A DNA stretch of 64,000 nucleotides from positions 1,860,001-1,924,000 of the forward strand of contig OZ176050.1 in NCBI GenBank assembly GCA_964247055.1, read 5' to 3'. Each line of letters begins with the position of its first letter. Position 1 is the first letter of the stretch. The DNA comes from Paragordius varius (taxonomy: Eukaryota; Animalia; Nematomorpha). Both the position numbers and the translations under genes were made by a program. Under the pieces are notes generated by a model that worked only from the letters and a program-made list of their open reading frames with translations, was not told the origin of the DNA and did not search any database. Positions 63,606 to 64,000 of this stretch are shown here, piece after piece.

Positions 63606-63619
63606 ATTATACCTTTTAA

Positions 63620-64000
63620 CACTTCGATTCAAATTAAGGCCCAGACTATATTCAAATTTATATTTAAAAAACTACTGAAGGAAATGGTCCAATTCCAATT
63701 TATGCTTCTATCCTATTCAAAATTATATAAATAAGCCGAAAAATAATAAAATTTGGTTTTGAAGAAAAGTTCCATATCAAACTACTTCGCCGCCATTTTT
63801 ATTTTACAACATTTTTGCAAAATATCGTGTTTATTTGATATTAAAGCTAAAATGAAAGGTAATTTTTTTAATCACATCTAACATTGATAGAAAGAGAAAA
63901 AATAAATTACTTTGTATTATTAAATTTAGCTAAGGCACACATGTCATGTTGACTAAATTTTTACCTTTCGGTTTTAGCTCAAAATAAGTAATATCAAGTC
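63620..64000. mobile_element. Family E copy running off the window
   Basis: TTAA|CACTTCGATTCAAATT start, then collinear with the other copies. Confidence 0.7.

Noticed and set aside
1-64000. Assignment to a specific taxon (e.g. dicyemid, orthonectid, myxozoan, nematomorph)
   Set aside because: Composition and micro-introns are suggestive but not diagnostic. A database search with the transferrin and SH3 proteins is needed.

Overview
Very AT-rich eukaryotic, almost certainly animal, genomic DNA (GC roughly one quarter, estimated by eye). It has GT-AG spliced genes, so the ORF track, which opens ORFs at TTG/GTG and ignores splicing, misses most real coding structure. Host genes are all on the minus strand. 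They are: a ~12-exon bilobal transferrin-family gene (13306-29222) with an intact iron-binding N-lobe, a degenerate C-lobe and introns from 24 nt to 5.4 kb; a 3-exon two-SH3-domain protein (36280-38900); a small membrane protein (~35400-35969); and an unidentified multi-exon glycoprotein-like gene or genes (39300-53000). The rest is mostly transposon-derived. The most striking structure is a set of four foldback-like families (here A-D). They share the terminal sequence TACCATTT and TA target duplications, and their long inverted arms are built from exactly 21-bp tandem units whose sequence differs by family. One family-C structure brackets a DD34E IS630/Tc1-type transposase. Also present: an RTE-like LINE with an inverted 5' endonuclease segment and an 11-bp TSD, a second RTE relic, a Helitron relic, a two-ORF PIF/Harbinger element, hAT elements with 8-bp TSDs, a TTAA piggyBac-like MITE family and a ~170-bp satellite. 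No rRNA, tRNA or CRISPR array could be supported. All translations, splice models and alignments were made by eye and need computational confirmation.
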